Assembly (NCBI GenBank): GCA_965197475.1
Contig: CBDANF010000003.1
Coordinates: 1,152,001 to 1,216,000 of the forward strand
DNA: 64,000 nucleotides
Source: Candidatus Poribacteria bacterium
GTDB taxonomy: Bacteria; Poribacteria; WGA-4E; WGA-3G
Direction of reading: 5' to 3'
Position 1 is the stretch's first letter, and each line of letters opens with the position of its first letter. The position numbers were made by a program, and so were the translations under genes. The notes below the pieces were generated by a model that searched no databases, was not told where the DNA came from, and was given only the letters and a program-made list of their open reading frames with translations. Shown in pieces: positions 52,995 through 62,726 of the stretch.

Positions 52995-55900
52995 ATGGAT
53001 TCTAAACTCGCAGCTGATAAAGGCGGGTCCCAGCACCCGCCCGTCGACCTTGAACCCGGACAGCAACTTCACGGATTTGAAGTCAAAGCTATTACACCAA
53101 TTGATGAATTACGGGCAGTTACGATTGAATTGGCGCATAACCATAGCGGTGCTCGTCTACTTCATCTCTATACGAACGATTCCGAAAACCTTTTCTCAAT
53201 CAATTTTCCTACCCCACCTTCAGACGACATGGGAGTTCCTCACATCCTTGAGCATGCTGTCTTAGCAGGATCACAAAAATTCCCGGTTAAAGAACCGTTT
53301 TTTGAAATGATTAAGATGAGCATGGCTACTTTTATCAACGCCATGACCGGATCAGACCACACATATTATCCGGTCGCGAGCAACGTTAAAAAAGACCTTT
53401 TCAACCTTGCAGAAGTCTACTTTGATGCTGTTTTTCACCCATTACTGACTGAAGATACTTTCAGACGTGAAGGACACCATCTTGCCCCTGTCAATCCGGA
53501 AGACCCCACAGGTGATTTGAAGATTACCGGTATCGTCTATAATGAGATGAAAGGTGTTTTTTCTGATCCGGAATCGCGGTTGTATCGCTCAATGACAAGT
53601 CGTCTTTTACCTGATACACTCTATGCCAAGGAATCAGGTGGAGACCCGGATGCAATTCCTGACCTAACTTATGCGCAGCTCAAAGAATTTCACGAGACAT
53701 ATTACCATCCAAGCAATGGGTATTTCTTCCTCTACGGGGATATTCCCACGAGCGATTACCTGGCATTTCTTGCGGATAAATTAGATAAAATATCAAAAAA
53801 TGAGACCGTTGCCTCCAGACAACCCCTTAATCCGGAAGTTACGCACCAACCGAGGTGGAAATCACCGCAGACCGTATCCGATACATATCCCGTTGCACCA
53901 GATGAATCTCTCACTGAAAAGACGTATCTGATGCTGAGTTGGCTTATCGGAGATGCGACTGCCCCTGAGGATGTAGCCATGTGTCACATTCTGAGCCTAA
54001 TTCTGCTTGGTAATGAAGCAGCACCACTTAAAAAAGCGATTATTGACTCAAAATTGGGAGTGGATCTGATTTACTCTGGGGCGAGTTCTATCGGTCCCAA
54101 CAGTACTTTTTACGTCGGACTCAAAGGGAGTGAAGCAGACCGCGCCGAGGCATTCGCAGAATTAGTCACTAACACCTTAACCGAACTTGCTGAGAATGAG
54201 TTAGATAGTGGAATGGTAGAAGCAGCATTCCAACAGTCAACTTATCACTATCAAGAAGTGGCACCGATGTTTCCGCTCCGTATGCTTTTCCGTGTTATTG
54301 AAGCATGGATATACAACAACGATTCGGATGCCTTCTTGAAGATGGGCGAAAGTCTCGCTACCATCCATCAACGATGGGAAGAAAACCCATCTATCTTCAA
54401 CGAAATGATACGCGAACGGCTTGTTGACAATCCGCATCGTTTGAGCAGTGTGCTATCACCCGATCCGAACATGCAAGCAAAACTTGATGCTGAATTGGAA
54501 CAACGCACCAAGGATATCCGCGCACAACTTACCGACGAACAGGCGAAACAGATTGCCGCAGCTGCTGCAGAATTAGAACGGATGAACGGGCAACCGAATC
54601 CACCGGAAGCATTGGCAAAACTGCCGCAACTTCAAGTCGGTGATCTTCCTGATAAACCGAAACATATCCCTACGAGTGTTGAGAAAGTGAATGAGCAAGA
54701 TCTCCTCTGTAATGATGTATTTGCAAACGGGGTTAACTATCTCATACTGAACTTTGACTTGAAAGGACTACCGCAGCATCTTTGGACATATCTACCAAGA
54801 TATACCGATGCAATTAGCAAACTCGGTGCGGCAGATTTGAATTTTGTAGAAATGGCAAGACGAAAATCATCCGTCACAGGTGGGATCGGATGTGGGGCAG
54901 GATTTAACACACACGCGCTTGATGGTAACCGTTCAATGCAAAACATGCGTTTCAGTATGAAAGCACTTGATGCCAAAATGGACGCTGCACTTGATGTCCT
55001 TCATGATTACGTTTTTTCTGCGAACCCGCGTGATATGGAACGTCTTCACGATGTATTAGTCCAAGCTGTCGCTGAATACCGCACTGAGATGGTTCAGGAT
55101 GGCTCAAGCACCGCAATTCATCACGCATCTCGTGGACTCTCTCCGCAAGCGCACCTCGCAGAGATTGTTTATGGACTCCCGCAACTCCGCGACAGTGAAA
55201 CACTGCTCAACAGTTTTGACGAACTTAACAGCGACCTTATGGGTCATATAGAAGAGATTCGCGATTTCCTGTTAACCCGTGGACGCGTGACTGCAAGTTT
55301 CACAGGATCAGATTCGGCTTACGAAACGACCCACGCAAAACTTGGTGAATGGCTCAGCACTATGAGAGATGAACCGCTTGTATCTGAACCCATAACCTTT
55401 GAAACGTTTGATACGCCGCCGCGTGAGGGATTGGCAGGACCGATTCAGATTGCGCATTGTGCACACGTAATACCGGCACCGCATTATTCACATCCGGATT
55501 CTACGTTGCTTACTATCGGTGCACATCTCATAGGGATGGATTATATTCTAAGTGAAATCCGCTTTAAAGGCAACGCTTACGGTGCCAGGCTATCCTATAG
55601 TCCATTTGATGCGGCACTTTACCAATCCTCGTTCAGGGACCCGCACGTAGCTCGGACAATTAATGTTTTTGAGCAAACGGTAGACTACATCAAACAGGTG
55701 GAGTGGACGCAAACAGACATTGACCGTGCTATTATCGCAACGGCTAAAAATGCTGAAAAACCGCTTCGTCCAAGTCAAGCTGCAAGCGACGCGCTGAGTT
55801 ATCATCTCACTGGACAGACGCGCGAAATGCGAGAGGAACGTTATACACAACTTCGCAGTGCGACACCTAACGAGGTAAAACGCGCGCTGCTCCAACTTTT

Positions 55901-56012
55901 TGAGGAAAACAAGGATAATGCAGCGGTTTGTGTCGTCTCAAGTCGAGAAAAACTGGAATCGGCAAACAGTGAACTTGTACAACCTCTTGTGATTGAGGAT
56001 ATATTGACCTAA
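52995..56012 (+). CDS. M16C (insulinase/presequence protease-like) metallopeptidase
   Basis: PHILEHAVL, FINAMT, GIVYNEMKG, SGGDP, YYHPSN, SFRDP. Confidence 0.93.
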   Translation: MDSKLAADKGGSQHPPVDLEPGQQLHGFEVKAITPIDELRAVTIELAHNHSGARLLHLYTNDSENLFSINFPTPPSDDMGVPHILEHAVLAGSQKFPVKEPFFEMIKMSMATFINAMTGSDHTYYPVASNVKKDLFNLAEVYFDAVFHPLLTEDTFRREGHHLAPVNPEDPTGDLKITGIVYNEMKGVFSDPESRLYRSMTSRLLPDTLYAKESGGDPDAIPDLTYAQLKEFHETYYHPSNGYFFLYGDIPTSDYLAFLADKLDKISKNETVASRQPLNPEVTHQPRWKSPQTVSDTYPVAPDESLTEKTYLMLSWLIGDATAPEDVAMCHILSLILLGNEAAPLKKAIIDSKLGVDLIYSGASSIGPNSTFYVGLKGSEADRAEAFAELVTNTLTELAENELDSGMVEAAFQQSTYHYQEVAPMFPLRMLFRVIEAWIYNNDSDAFLKMGESLATIHQRWEENPSIFNEMIRERLVDNPHRLSSVLSPDPNMQAKLDAELEQRTKDIRAQLTDEQAKQIAAAAAELERMNGQPNPPEALAKLPQLQVGDLPDKPKHIPTSVEKVNEQDLLCNDVFANGVNYLILNFDLKGLPQHLWTYLPRYTDAISKLGAADLNFVEMARRKSSVTGGIGCGAGFNTHALDGNRSMQNMRFSMKALDAKMDAALDVLHDYVFSANPRDMERLHDVLVQAVAEYRTEMVQDGSSTAIHHASRGLSPQAHLAEIVYGLPQLRDSETLLNSFDELNSDLMGHIEEIRDFLLTRGRVTASFTGSDSAYETTHAKLGEWLSTMRDEPLVSEPITFETFDTPPREGLAGPIQIAHCAHVIPAPHYSHPDSTLLTIGAHLIGMDYILSEIRFKGNAYGARLSYSPFDAALYQSSFRDPHVARTINVFEQTVDYIKQVEWTQTDIDRAIIATAKNAEKPLRPSQAASDALSYHLTGQTREMREERYTQLRSATPNEVKRALLQLFEENKDNAAVCVVSSREKLESANSELVQPLVIEDILT

Positions 56013-56021
56013 TAGTTGAGT

Positions 56022-56053
56022 TGTTGGGTTTCGCTGCGCTCTACCCAACCTAC
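56022..56053. repeat. GTAG-type REP (family C)
   Basis: GTTGGGTTTCGCTGCGCTCTACCCAACCTAC; related copies near 47646, 61460-61486 and 62042-62109. Confidence 0.75.
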
Positions 56054-56086
56054 GAATCACCATAACAAAGATAAAAGGAAATTAAA

Positions 56087-57484
56087 ATGATGAAAAAATT
56101 GGGAATTTTGACGATATGTATTTGTGCTCTGGCGATGTTCGTTGCGTGTAGTTCAAAAACCACTGATGAGTCGGTAGTTGATACTGAACAAACGCCCAAT
56201 TTTGAAAAAAACTGGCATCACTGGCGCGGTCCACACACAACCGGTGCCGCTATTAATGCAAATCCGCCTACTACATGGAGCGAGACAGAAAACATTCGCT
56301 GGAAGGTCCCTATTCCCGGTATGGGGCATGCCACACCAATAGTCTGGGAAGATAAAATCTTCATCCAGACCGCGATTAAAGGCGAGATGCCCGAAACACA
56401 AACTGAGAACACAGAAGCTGAAAATCCGCCCGAAGACTCTCGACGGAGAAGGCGAGGTAGAAGGGGAAACAGAACTTATCCTCCGTATAAGTTTAATCTG
56501 CTTGCACTCAACAGAAGTGACGGAAGCATTTTGTGGAAGAAAACCCTTAAAGAAACCGCTCCTCATGAAGGAATGCACGAACATGCAAGTTTCGCATCTA
56601 ACTCGCCAATAACCGATGGAGAACATATTTATGCGTATTTCGGCTCTCGCGGTCTATACTGCTTGGACATGAAGGGAAATCTGAAGTGGGAAAAAGATAT
56701 TGGAAAGATGCGGAAAAGCGGCACCTTCGGTGAAGGTAGCTGCCCTATCATCCACGGTAACACGATCGTTATCCTCCAAGACCACGAAGGTCCATCCTTC
56801 ATCATAGCGTTGGATAAGCGGACAGGTGACGAACTGTGGAAAATTGACCGAGATGAACGGACCACGTGGACATCGCCTATTGTTGTGGAACACAGTGGCA
56901 AACCACAGGTAATTGTCTCTGCTACAAATAGGTCGCGTAGTTATGATTTAGAAACCGGCGAGGTTTTATGGGAATGTGGTGGGATGACAGGAAACGTTAT
57001 ACCTACACCTGTAGCTGCCGATGGATTTGTTTACCTCATCAGTGGTTTCCGAAATGCCGCGCTGCAAGCTGTTAACCTTGCAAATGCCGTAGGTGATATT
57101 ACCGGATCCGAAGAAGCCATCGCTTGGGAATACAATCATGACACGCCTTATGTACCATCACCACTCCTACACGGGGATATCATCTACTTCCTAAAGGGCA
57201 ACAATTTAATTTCAGCTGTTAACAGAATAACAGGTGTCTCACACTACGGACCTGACCCTGAAAGGATAAGAGGCATATCTGGTGTTTACGCCTCAATTGT
57301 TGGCGCAGGGGACCGCGTTTACGTCGCCAGTAGGAATGGCACTGTAGCCGTTCTAAAACACGGACCTACCTTTGAAATTCTGGCGACAAATAAATTAGAA
57401 GATAGTTTCAATGCATCGCCTGCCATTGTTGAGTCTGAGTTATACCTACGTGGCACTCGGTATCTCTACTGTATAGCAGAATAA
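56087..57484 (+). CDS. PQQ-like beta-propeller lipoprotein
   Basis: Lipobox FVAC, NWHHWRGP, propeller repeats. Confidence 0.88.
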   Translation: MMKKLGILTICICALAMFVACSSKTTDESVVDTEQTPNFEKNWHHWRGPHTTGAAINANPPTTWSETENIRWKVPIPGMGHATPIVWEDKIFIQTAIKGEMPETQTENTEAENPPEDSRRRRRGRRGNRTYPPYKFNLLALNRSDGSILWKKTLKETAPHEGMHEHASFASNSPITDGEHIYAYFGSRGLYCLDMKGNLKWEKDIGKMRKSGTFGEGSCPIIHGNTIVILQDHEGPSFIIALDKRTGDELWKIDRDERTTWTSPIVVEHSGKPQVIVSATNRSRSYDLETGEVLWECGGMTGNVIPTPVAADGFVYLISGFRNAALQAVNLANAVGDITGSEEAIAWEYNHDTPYVPSPLLHGDIIYFLKGNNLISAVNRITGVSHYGPDPERIRGISGVYASIVGAGDRVYVASRNGTVAVLKHGPTFEILATNKLEDSFNASPAIVESELYLRGTRYLYCIAE

Positions 57485-57505
57485 CTACAACGTTGTTTTC
57501 ATCTT

Positions 57506-57533
57506 AAGGGTGGGCCTTTGTGCCCGCCTTTTT
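57506..57533 (+). terminator. Rho-independent terminator
   Basis: AAGGGTGGGC-CTTTGT-GCCCGCCTTTTT after the end of the four-gene run. Confidence 0.7.
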
Positions 57534-57657
57534 ACTGTCTGAACCAGGATTTGATAATGCCAGGTTTCAAAGCATACTAACGGCTACTGATAGTCCTTAG
57601 ACATTTTCATTGATATCCGATAACAAATATGATTAAATATATGTCAAGGAGCAATCT

Positions 57658-58010
57658 ATGAAAAATGTCCTATTAATCTCAATACTCTTTTGTACAATCA
57701 CAGGACCTGTCCTCGGTGATTTAACACAGACAGACCTTGATAAAATACGTTTGGTGATCAATGATGAAATCAAGAAAGAAATTTCTAACTCTGAAACGCG
57801 GATGAAAGAGTATATAAACATCAAAATTGAAAGTGTAGAAAAACGATTAAACATGTTGTTTGGTGTCGTCATTGCTTTAATCGCGGTTGTTGGAATTCCC
57901 AAATCGTTGTCGCATGGCGTAGTTCTAAATATAATGAATTAGAAAAACAGGTGGAACAACTCACACAAGAAATCCAAACCCTGAAGCAGCAGCGTATTGT
58001 AAGTTCCTGA
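57658..58010 (+). pseudogene. Small signal-peptide/coiled-coil/TM protein, frameshifted near 57900
   Basis: A -1 shift at ATTCCCAAATC continues the TM and coiled coil: GIP|QIVVAWRSSKYNELEKQVEQLTQEIQTLKQQRIVSS*. Confidence 0.65.
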
Positions 58011-58076
58011 ATAAGTTAAGCGAGGTATCACAGATATATCACTTTCACATTGGTGTATTTCTTTCTCCTTTTATAT

Positions 58077-58823
58077 CTAATAGGTAGCTCTACCTCCGCT
58101 GACATCGTAACACTGTCCTGTTACAAAACTTGCCTCATCTGAGGCTAAGAAATTAACGACAGCGGCAACCTCTTCAGGTTTGCCTACGCGCCCCAATGGA
58201 ATCTTACTTACCATATAATCAATTGTGGATTGCGCCATGCCTTCCAAAATCGGTGTTTCAATTACCGCAGGCGACACCGCATTCACACGGATATTATAGT
58301 CCGTTACCTCTTTCGCGAGTGCTTTTGTCAAGCAGATAACACCCGCCTTAGACACGGAATACGGAATAAGTGTTGGATTGCCTTCCTTGCCAGCAATTGA
58401 AGCAATATTCACAATTCTGCCGTAATCCTGCGCAATCATCGGACTAATCACCGCCTTACAACAGAGGAAAACACCTGTCAGATTCACACCTATTACAGCG
58501 TTCCAATCCGATTCCTCCAAATCTGTTAGCGGTAGTGTTCTCCCCGCAATTCCGGCATTGTTGACAAGGATATCAACTCGTCCAAATTCTGAAAGGACAT
58601 TTTTTATCGCATAATTGACATCAGATGCCTGGGAAACATCCGCTTGAATCGGGAGTGCTTGCCGACCAAGTTTTTCTATATTCTTCGCAACGACTTCAGC
58701 TGATGACAGGTTTAAATCCATGATAGCTACGTCTGCTCCGGCATTCGCAAACCTGATGGCAATGGCTTTCCCGATACCTTGCCCTGCTCCCGTAACAATT
58801 GCAAATTTATTATTCAAATTCAC
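58077..58823 (-). CDS. Short-chain dehydrogenase/reductase
   Basis: TGAGQGIG, NNAG, YSVSK. Confidence 0.93.
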   Translation of the reverse strand: MNLNNKFAIVTGAGQGIGKAIAIRFANAGADVAIMDLNLSSAEVVAKNIEKLGRQALPIQADVSQASDVNYAIKNVLSEFGRVDILVNNAGIAGRTLPLTDLEESDWNAVIGVNLTGVFLCCKAVISPMIAQDYGRIVNIASIAGKEGNPTLIPYSVSKAGVICLTKALAKEVTDYNIRVNAVSPAVIETPILEGMAQSTIDYMVSKIPLGRVGKPEEVAAVVNFLASDEASFVTGQCYDVSGGRATY

Positions 58824-59379
58824 ATGTCCACCTCTGTTCTAAGAAATCGTCTAATTCAATTCCAAATGCGTCCGCTATCCGATTAACATAACTGAAAAAT
58901 CCAACGACCTCCACAATAGCGAACAATGCCTCATCAGTGAGACCATAATCACGAAGGTGTTCTAAATCTGCGGGTGTGATGGTATGCGCTGCCTCAGTCA
59001 CTTTGACTGCGAATTCAAGGATAGCTTTCGTAATATCATTGATGTCAGCATTTCGGAAATCGGATGCAATATCTTTTGCAAGTTGCTTATCTGTGAGTTG
59101 GTCCCGCAACTCATCTGCATGCGCAACCGTTCAGTAGTGGCACTGATTTACTTTTGAGACAACGGTAGCAATCATTTCCCGTTGTGCGCGAGTGAGAGGG
59201 GATTCATCGTCGTGCATTACCACTTTGTAAAGCTCAACAAAAGCACGCATGCTTTTTGGACGAACACTGAATAATTTGACGATATTGTAAAGCTGTCCCG
59301 CCCGTGCTATCGCTGCGTCATATTCCTCTTTCACGATGCCAGTAGCTTCCGCTTGATCTACAGTTTCAATCCATGCCAT
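58810..59379 (-). CDS. AhpD/CMD-family peroxidase-related selenoprotein (CxxU), 189 aa via UGA recoding
   Basis: The two track ORFs are in frame across TGA 59131-59133, reading REMIATVVSKVNQCHY-U-TVAHADELR. This matches the AhpD ExxxxxVSxxNxCxxCxxxH motif, and a SECIS-like hairpin follows. Confidence 0.85.
59082..59130 (-). promoter_or_regulatory. Putative bacterial SECIS element
   Basis: UGA-ACG-GUUGC-GCAUGCAGA-UGAGUUG-CGGGAC-CAACUCA-CAGAUAA-GCAAC; the apical loop starts after a 24-nt spacer from the UGA and has G at position 2. Confidence 0.7.
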
Positions 59380-59382
59380 CTT

Positions 59383-60609
59383 TTACTCACCAATGACGAT
59401 GCCGTATTCACCAACGACTGCACCTCTGTGTCCAGATTGATAATGCAGATGCCGCTCACCCACGATCGGTTGTGAGCTTTGCACTTCAACAGAGCCGCGT
59501 ACGTTCCCCATTGCAGCTTCGTCAACATCTCCACAACACCGGGGTTTAATCTGCCGATGTAGTTGCCGCCGAATTTCACCACGTTTATTTCGGACAATTA
59601 TGTTGACAAACGCATCTACTTCTCCAACGTTGAGAAAACGAAACCAGTCTTTCGCACCACTTGCAACTTCTGGGAAAAACAACCGAAGACCGACTTGACC
59701 ACCTTCTTCGGATGCACCAGGAAGGTCAATGACAGCGGTTCCACTGTGCATGTGACGTTCTGCCACAATCGGTTGATCGCATCGTATCATTATGGAAGAT
59801 TTGATTTTAATATCCTCCATCTTCGGCATCCAGCACTCAAAAGGATCTAAATCGTGTTCCATTGTTGTCACGGGGTTTCCGGTCCCATCTTCATGTGCTA
59901 TCAGCGTTACCTTACCACTTTCTCTACCGACATTAACAATGACCGCCCAGTCTTGCCACGCAGGTCCAACCTCTGGAAAATAGAGGGTCCGCGGTGCGTC
60001 AGAGATAACTTGACCGTATTGTCCAACACAGGTTTTCCCACCTTGATAATGGAGATGCCGTTCCCCCACAATCGGTTGTGTGCTTTGCACCTCAACCGTG
60101 CCAGTAACGTTGCCCATCAAACCTTCGGCTATATCCCAACAGCATAACGGCTTGATTGGATGGTGGTGTTGCCTAACAATATCACCGCGCCGGTTACGGA
60201 TGATTATGTTTACCAATGCATCTGCCTCGCTAACGTTCAAAAACCGAAACCAGTCAAGTGCCCCGGAAACCAATTCTGGAAAAAAAAGCCGTAGACCGAC
60301 TGTTTCATATTCCTCTGCCGCCCCCACAAAATCGAGAATGTTCGTGTTGTTGTGCATGTGGCGTTCCGCCACAATCGGTTGATCAGCGGTTAGCTGCATC
60401 GAGGAATTCTGTTTAATCGCTTCTACGTTTGGTGTCCAACATTCAAAGGGGGAAATCTCCTTCTCCTCCGTCCAAGTCGGTTGACCGTTGCCAGCGTGCC
60501 TGGCTATTCCTGTGACACGGGTTTCCTCTGTCCCTACGTTGATAACTTGTACCCAGTCCTGCCAAGATGGACCTACCTCTGGAAAATATAACGTTGTTGC
60601 AAGTGCCAT
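59383..60609 (-). CDS. Cytoplasmic four-repeat (ABAB) beta-rich protein of unknown function
   Basis: Repeats L(Y/F)FPE...W...NV...QPIV(A/G)ERH(M/L)H; AAGGAG RBS before ATG 60609. Confidence 0.8.
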   Translation of the reverse strand: MALATTLYFPEVGPSWQDWVQVINVGTEETRVTGIARHAGNGQPTWTEEKEISPFECWTPNVEAIKQNSSMQLTADQPIVAERHMHNNTNILDFVGAAEEYETVGLRLFFPELVSGALDWFRFLNVSEADALVNIIIRNRRGDIVRQHHHPIKPLCCWDIAEGLMGNVTGTVEVQSTQPIVGERHLHYQGGKTCVGQYGQVISDAPRTLYFPEVGPAWQDWAVIVNVGRESGKVTLIAHEDGTGNPVTTMEHDLDPFECWMPKMEDIKIKSSIMIRCDQPIVAERHMHSGTAVIDLPGASEEGGQVGLRLFFPEVASGAKDWFRFLNVGEVDAFVNIIVRNKRGEIRRQLHRQIKPRCCGDVDEAAMGNVRGSVEVQSSQPIVGERHLHYQSGHRGAVVGEYGIVIGE

Positions 60610-60733
60610 TAATCTCTCCTTCTCTTTCATTAGAACTATTTGTACTTGATATAATCTTATGTTTCCGCTACAATTTTAACTTAATATTACCTATTATTCC
60701 ACTAAAATTTGGCACACCCTACGGAGGTTATTG

Positions 60734-61018
60734 ATGGCACGAAAAAAACTTACTGACGTTGAAATTCAGAAAAACTTGGAAAAACTCAACGGTTGGACTA
60801 TCGAGAATGGTAAACTACATAAGGAATTCCAGTTTGACAACTTCGTTACGGCTTTCGGTTTCATGACACAACTCGCCTTAATCGCCGAATCAATGAACCA
60901 TCATCCGGAATGGTTCAACGTCTATAACCGCGTGACAATTGACATGAGCACACACGATGCGGATGGCATTACGGAATTGGACATTAAATTCGCTGAACAT
61001 GCTGATGCGCTTGCGTAG
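60734..61018 (+). CDS. phhB: Pterin-4-alpha-carbinolamine dehydratase
   Basis: NHHPEWFNVYNRV, STHDADGITELD. Confidence 0.92.
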   Translation: MARKKLTDVEIQKNLEKLNGWTIENGKLHKEFQFDNFVTAFGFMTQLALIAESMNHHPEWFNVYNRVTIDMSTHDADGITELDIKFAEHADALA

Positions 61019-61171
61019 AGTGAGGATTAATTGAGGGTGGTACATAATTCTTCTTTTCTTGTAGAAGGGTTTGTAACCCTGACACTCTGTTGTAGTTGTG
61101 CATTCACGCGTCTCTTCTGGCAGCGGTATTTATGAGTTATAGTATTTTCTGAGGATGGGCACAGTACTATA

Positions 61172-61315
61172 ACCCAAGTTGCCACCTTTTTGCGGACCCT
61201 CTTGTAGGAGGGGTTTCTAACCCCGATTTACAGTGGAAAACATCAGAGGAAAATCCTTATTTTTCCGATTGAAACAGTGTCTGCTTGCTTAAAATTTGTA
61301 AGTAGCAACTTGGGT
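61172..61315. mobile_element. MITE with TIR ACCCAAGTTGCYAC and 7-bp target duplication TACTATA
   Basis: TACTATA|ACCCAAGTTGCCAC...GTAGCAACTTGGGT|TACTATA; contains a family A REP. Confidence 0.88.
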
Positions 61316-61482
61316 TACTATAGCAAAAATTGCTTTTTACTATCTTTTTCCGGATAGGTGTCTCTATAAGGATGAAGCCACATTGTGTGGCGAATCTAAA
61401 GCTTTTTTGTCAGGCATCCAAGATTATACCATTTCTAAGTTATTATATTGCATTAATTCGTCCGTTGGGTAGAGTTTGCGAA

Positions 61483-62045
61483 ACCCATTATGTGTCAACT
61501 TAAGGAAATTAACCCTTATTTGTATGTATTTCAGCTCCAGCAGGGCGAAAGGTGTCCAGAAAACGCGTATAAAAAACTTCTTTAGCCCCAGCGGGGCGAA
61601 AGGTATATAAAAAACTCGTGATAACAATTTGATCTTGATGTGTGCACCAAAACAGGATACACCTTTCGCCCCGCTGGGACTAAAGATTAGGTAATCACAC
61701 GCTACTATACACCTATCGTCCCGCTGGGACTAAAGACTCATATATGTCCAACTGACATTTCTCAAATGGCTTATATGTCAATATAGACAAGGGTTCTCTT
61801 GAATTGCGGTCATGAAAATGCTTTCTGAAAATCGGATATGATTTTAGATTTTCCTAAATTTTCAATCCAAATAGCACTGTATTGTCCGTTAGAGTAGTCA
61901 TGAATACGCAAAAATCAAGCAAAACTGTCTAAGACAAAGAGCATTTTCATGTTGTTATACGCTCTTAGTGTTGGTAGTTAATGGGTTCCTGACGATTTTG
62001 AGAAATATCAGTCCAATATATATTTTTAAGTTGGCACATAAGGGT
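61483..62045. mobile_element. MITE-like element with ends ACCC(A)TTATGTGYCAACTTAA, carrying four family D repeats
   Basis: Imperfect TIRs, no target duplication seen. AGCCCCAGCGGGGCGAAAGGT-like units at about 61533 and 61583 (forward) and 61660 and 61710 (reverse). Confidence 0.6.
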
Positions 62046-62275
62046 AGAGCGACACGAAACCCAACAACAGTGTGACAGAGTTGGGTTTCGCAAAATCTAC
62101 CTAACGGACAGGCTACTATGACAATTTGTCAATTAGATATGGTATTAGCCTGAACCATTCAGTTTAAACGTTGTGTGGTTCCGGCATAATGAGTAAATTG
62201 TAAACTGTGGTTGAGACGTTCACCCGAAACTGCTTGGACGCTTCCTACTACATACGACTAATTGGAGAAAAGAAT

Positions 62276-62719
62276 ATGAGAATATCTGTGAAATTGAGCT
62301 GTATTATGCTTCTCACACTTGTCCTCCTATGTAGATGCGATTGGTTTCGTGAAACAAAAGAGGTCGCTCAAGAAGAACTTGGGCCCAAGGAACTTCTGCG
62401 AAAGTATGAATGGTTTAAAAACGCATCAAGTCAACTTGATAAGAAACAGGCAGATATTAAAGTTTATCAAAAACGTATCACTTCAATGTCAAAGAATTAT
62501 ACTGACATACCGCGCAACAAATGGGCGCGCGAAGACAGAGAGCAATACAACCTTTGGGAATCGGAAGTCGCGGGAATAAAAGCCAGTTACAATACGCTTG
62601 CCGCAGATTATAATGCACAGATGGCAAAAGTAAATTGGCGTTTTACAAATGTAGGACAATTACCGGAAGGTGCAATAAATCCTTTACCTCGTGAATTCAA
62701 GCCTTACCAGGAGGAATAG
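62276..62719 (+). CDS. Membrane-anchored coiled-coil protein or lipoprotein of unknown function
   Basis: GGAG RBS; hydrophobic N-terminus with Cys; KYEWFK...AADYNAQM. Confidence 0.75.
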   Translation: MRISVKLSCIMLLTLVLLCRCDWFRETKEVAQEELGPKELLRKYEWFKNASSQLDKKQADIKVYQKRITSMSKNYTDIPRNKWAREDREQYNLWESEVAGIKASYNTLAADYNAQMAKVNWRFTNVGQLPEGAINPLPREFKPYQEE

Positions 62720-62726
62720 AGAAGTT

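Noticed and set aside
61530-61740. Four ~25-bp repeats as a CRISPR array
   Set aside because: They occur in both orientations with uneven spacing and no cas genes; they fit REP-type repeats.
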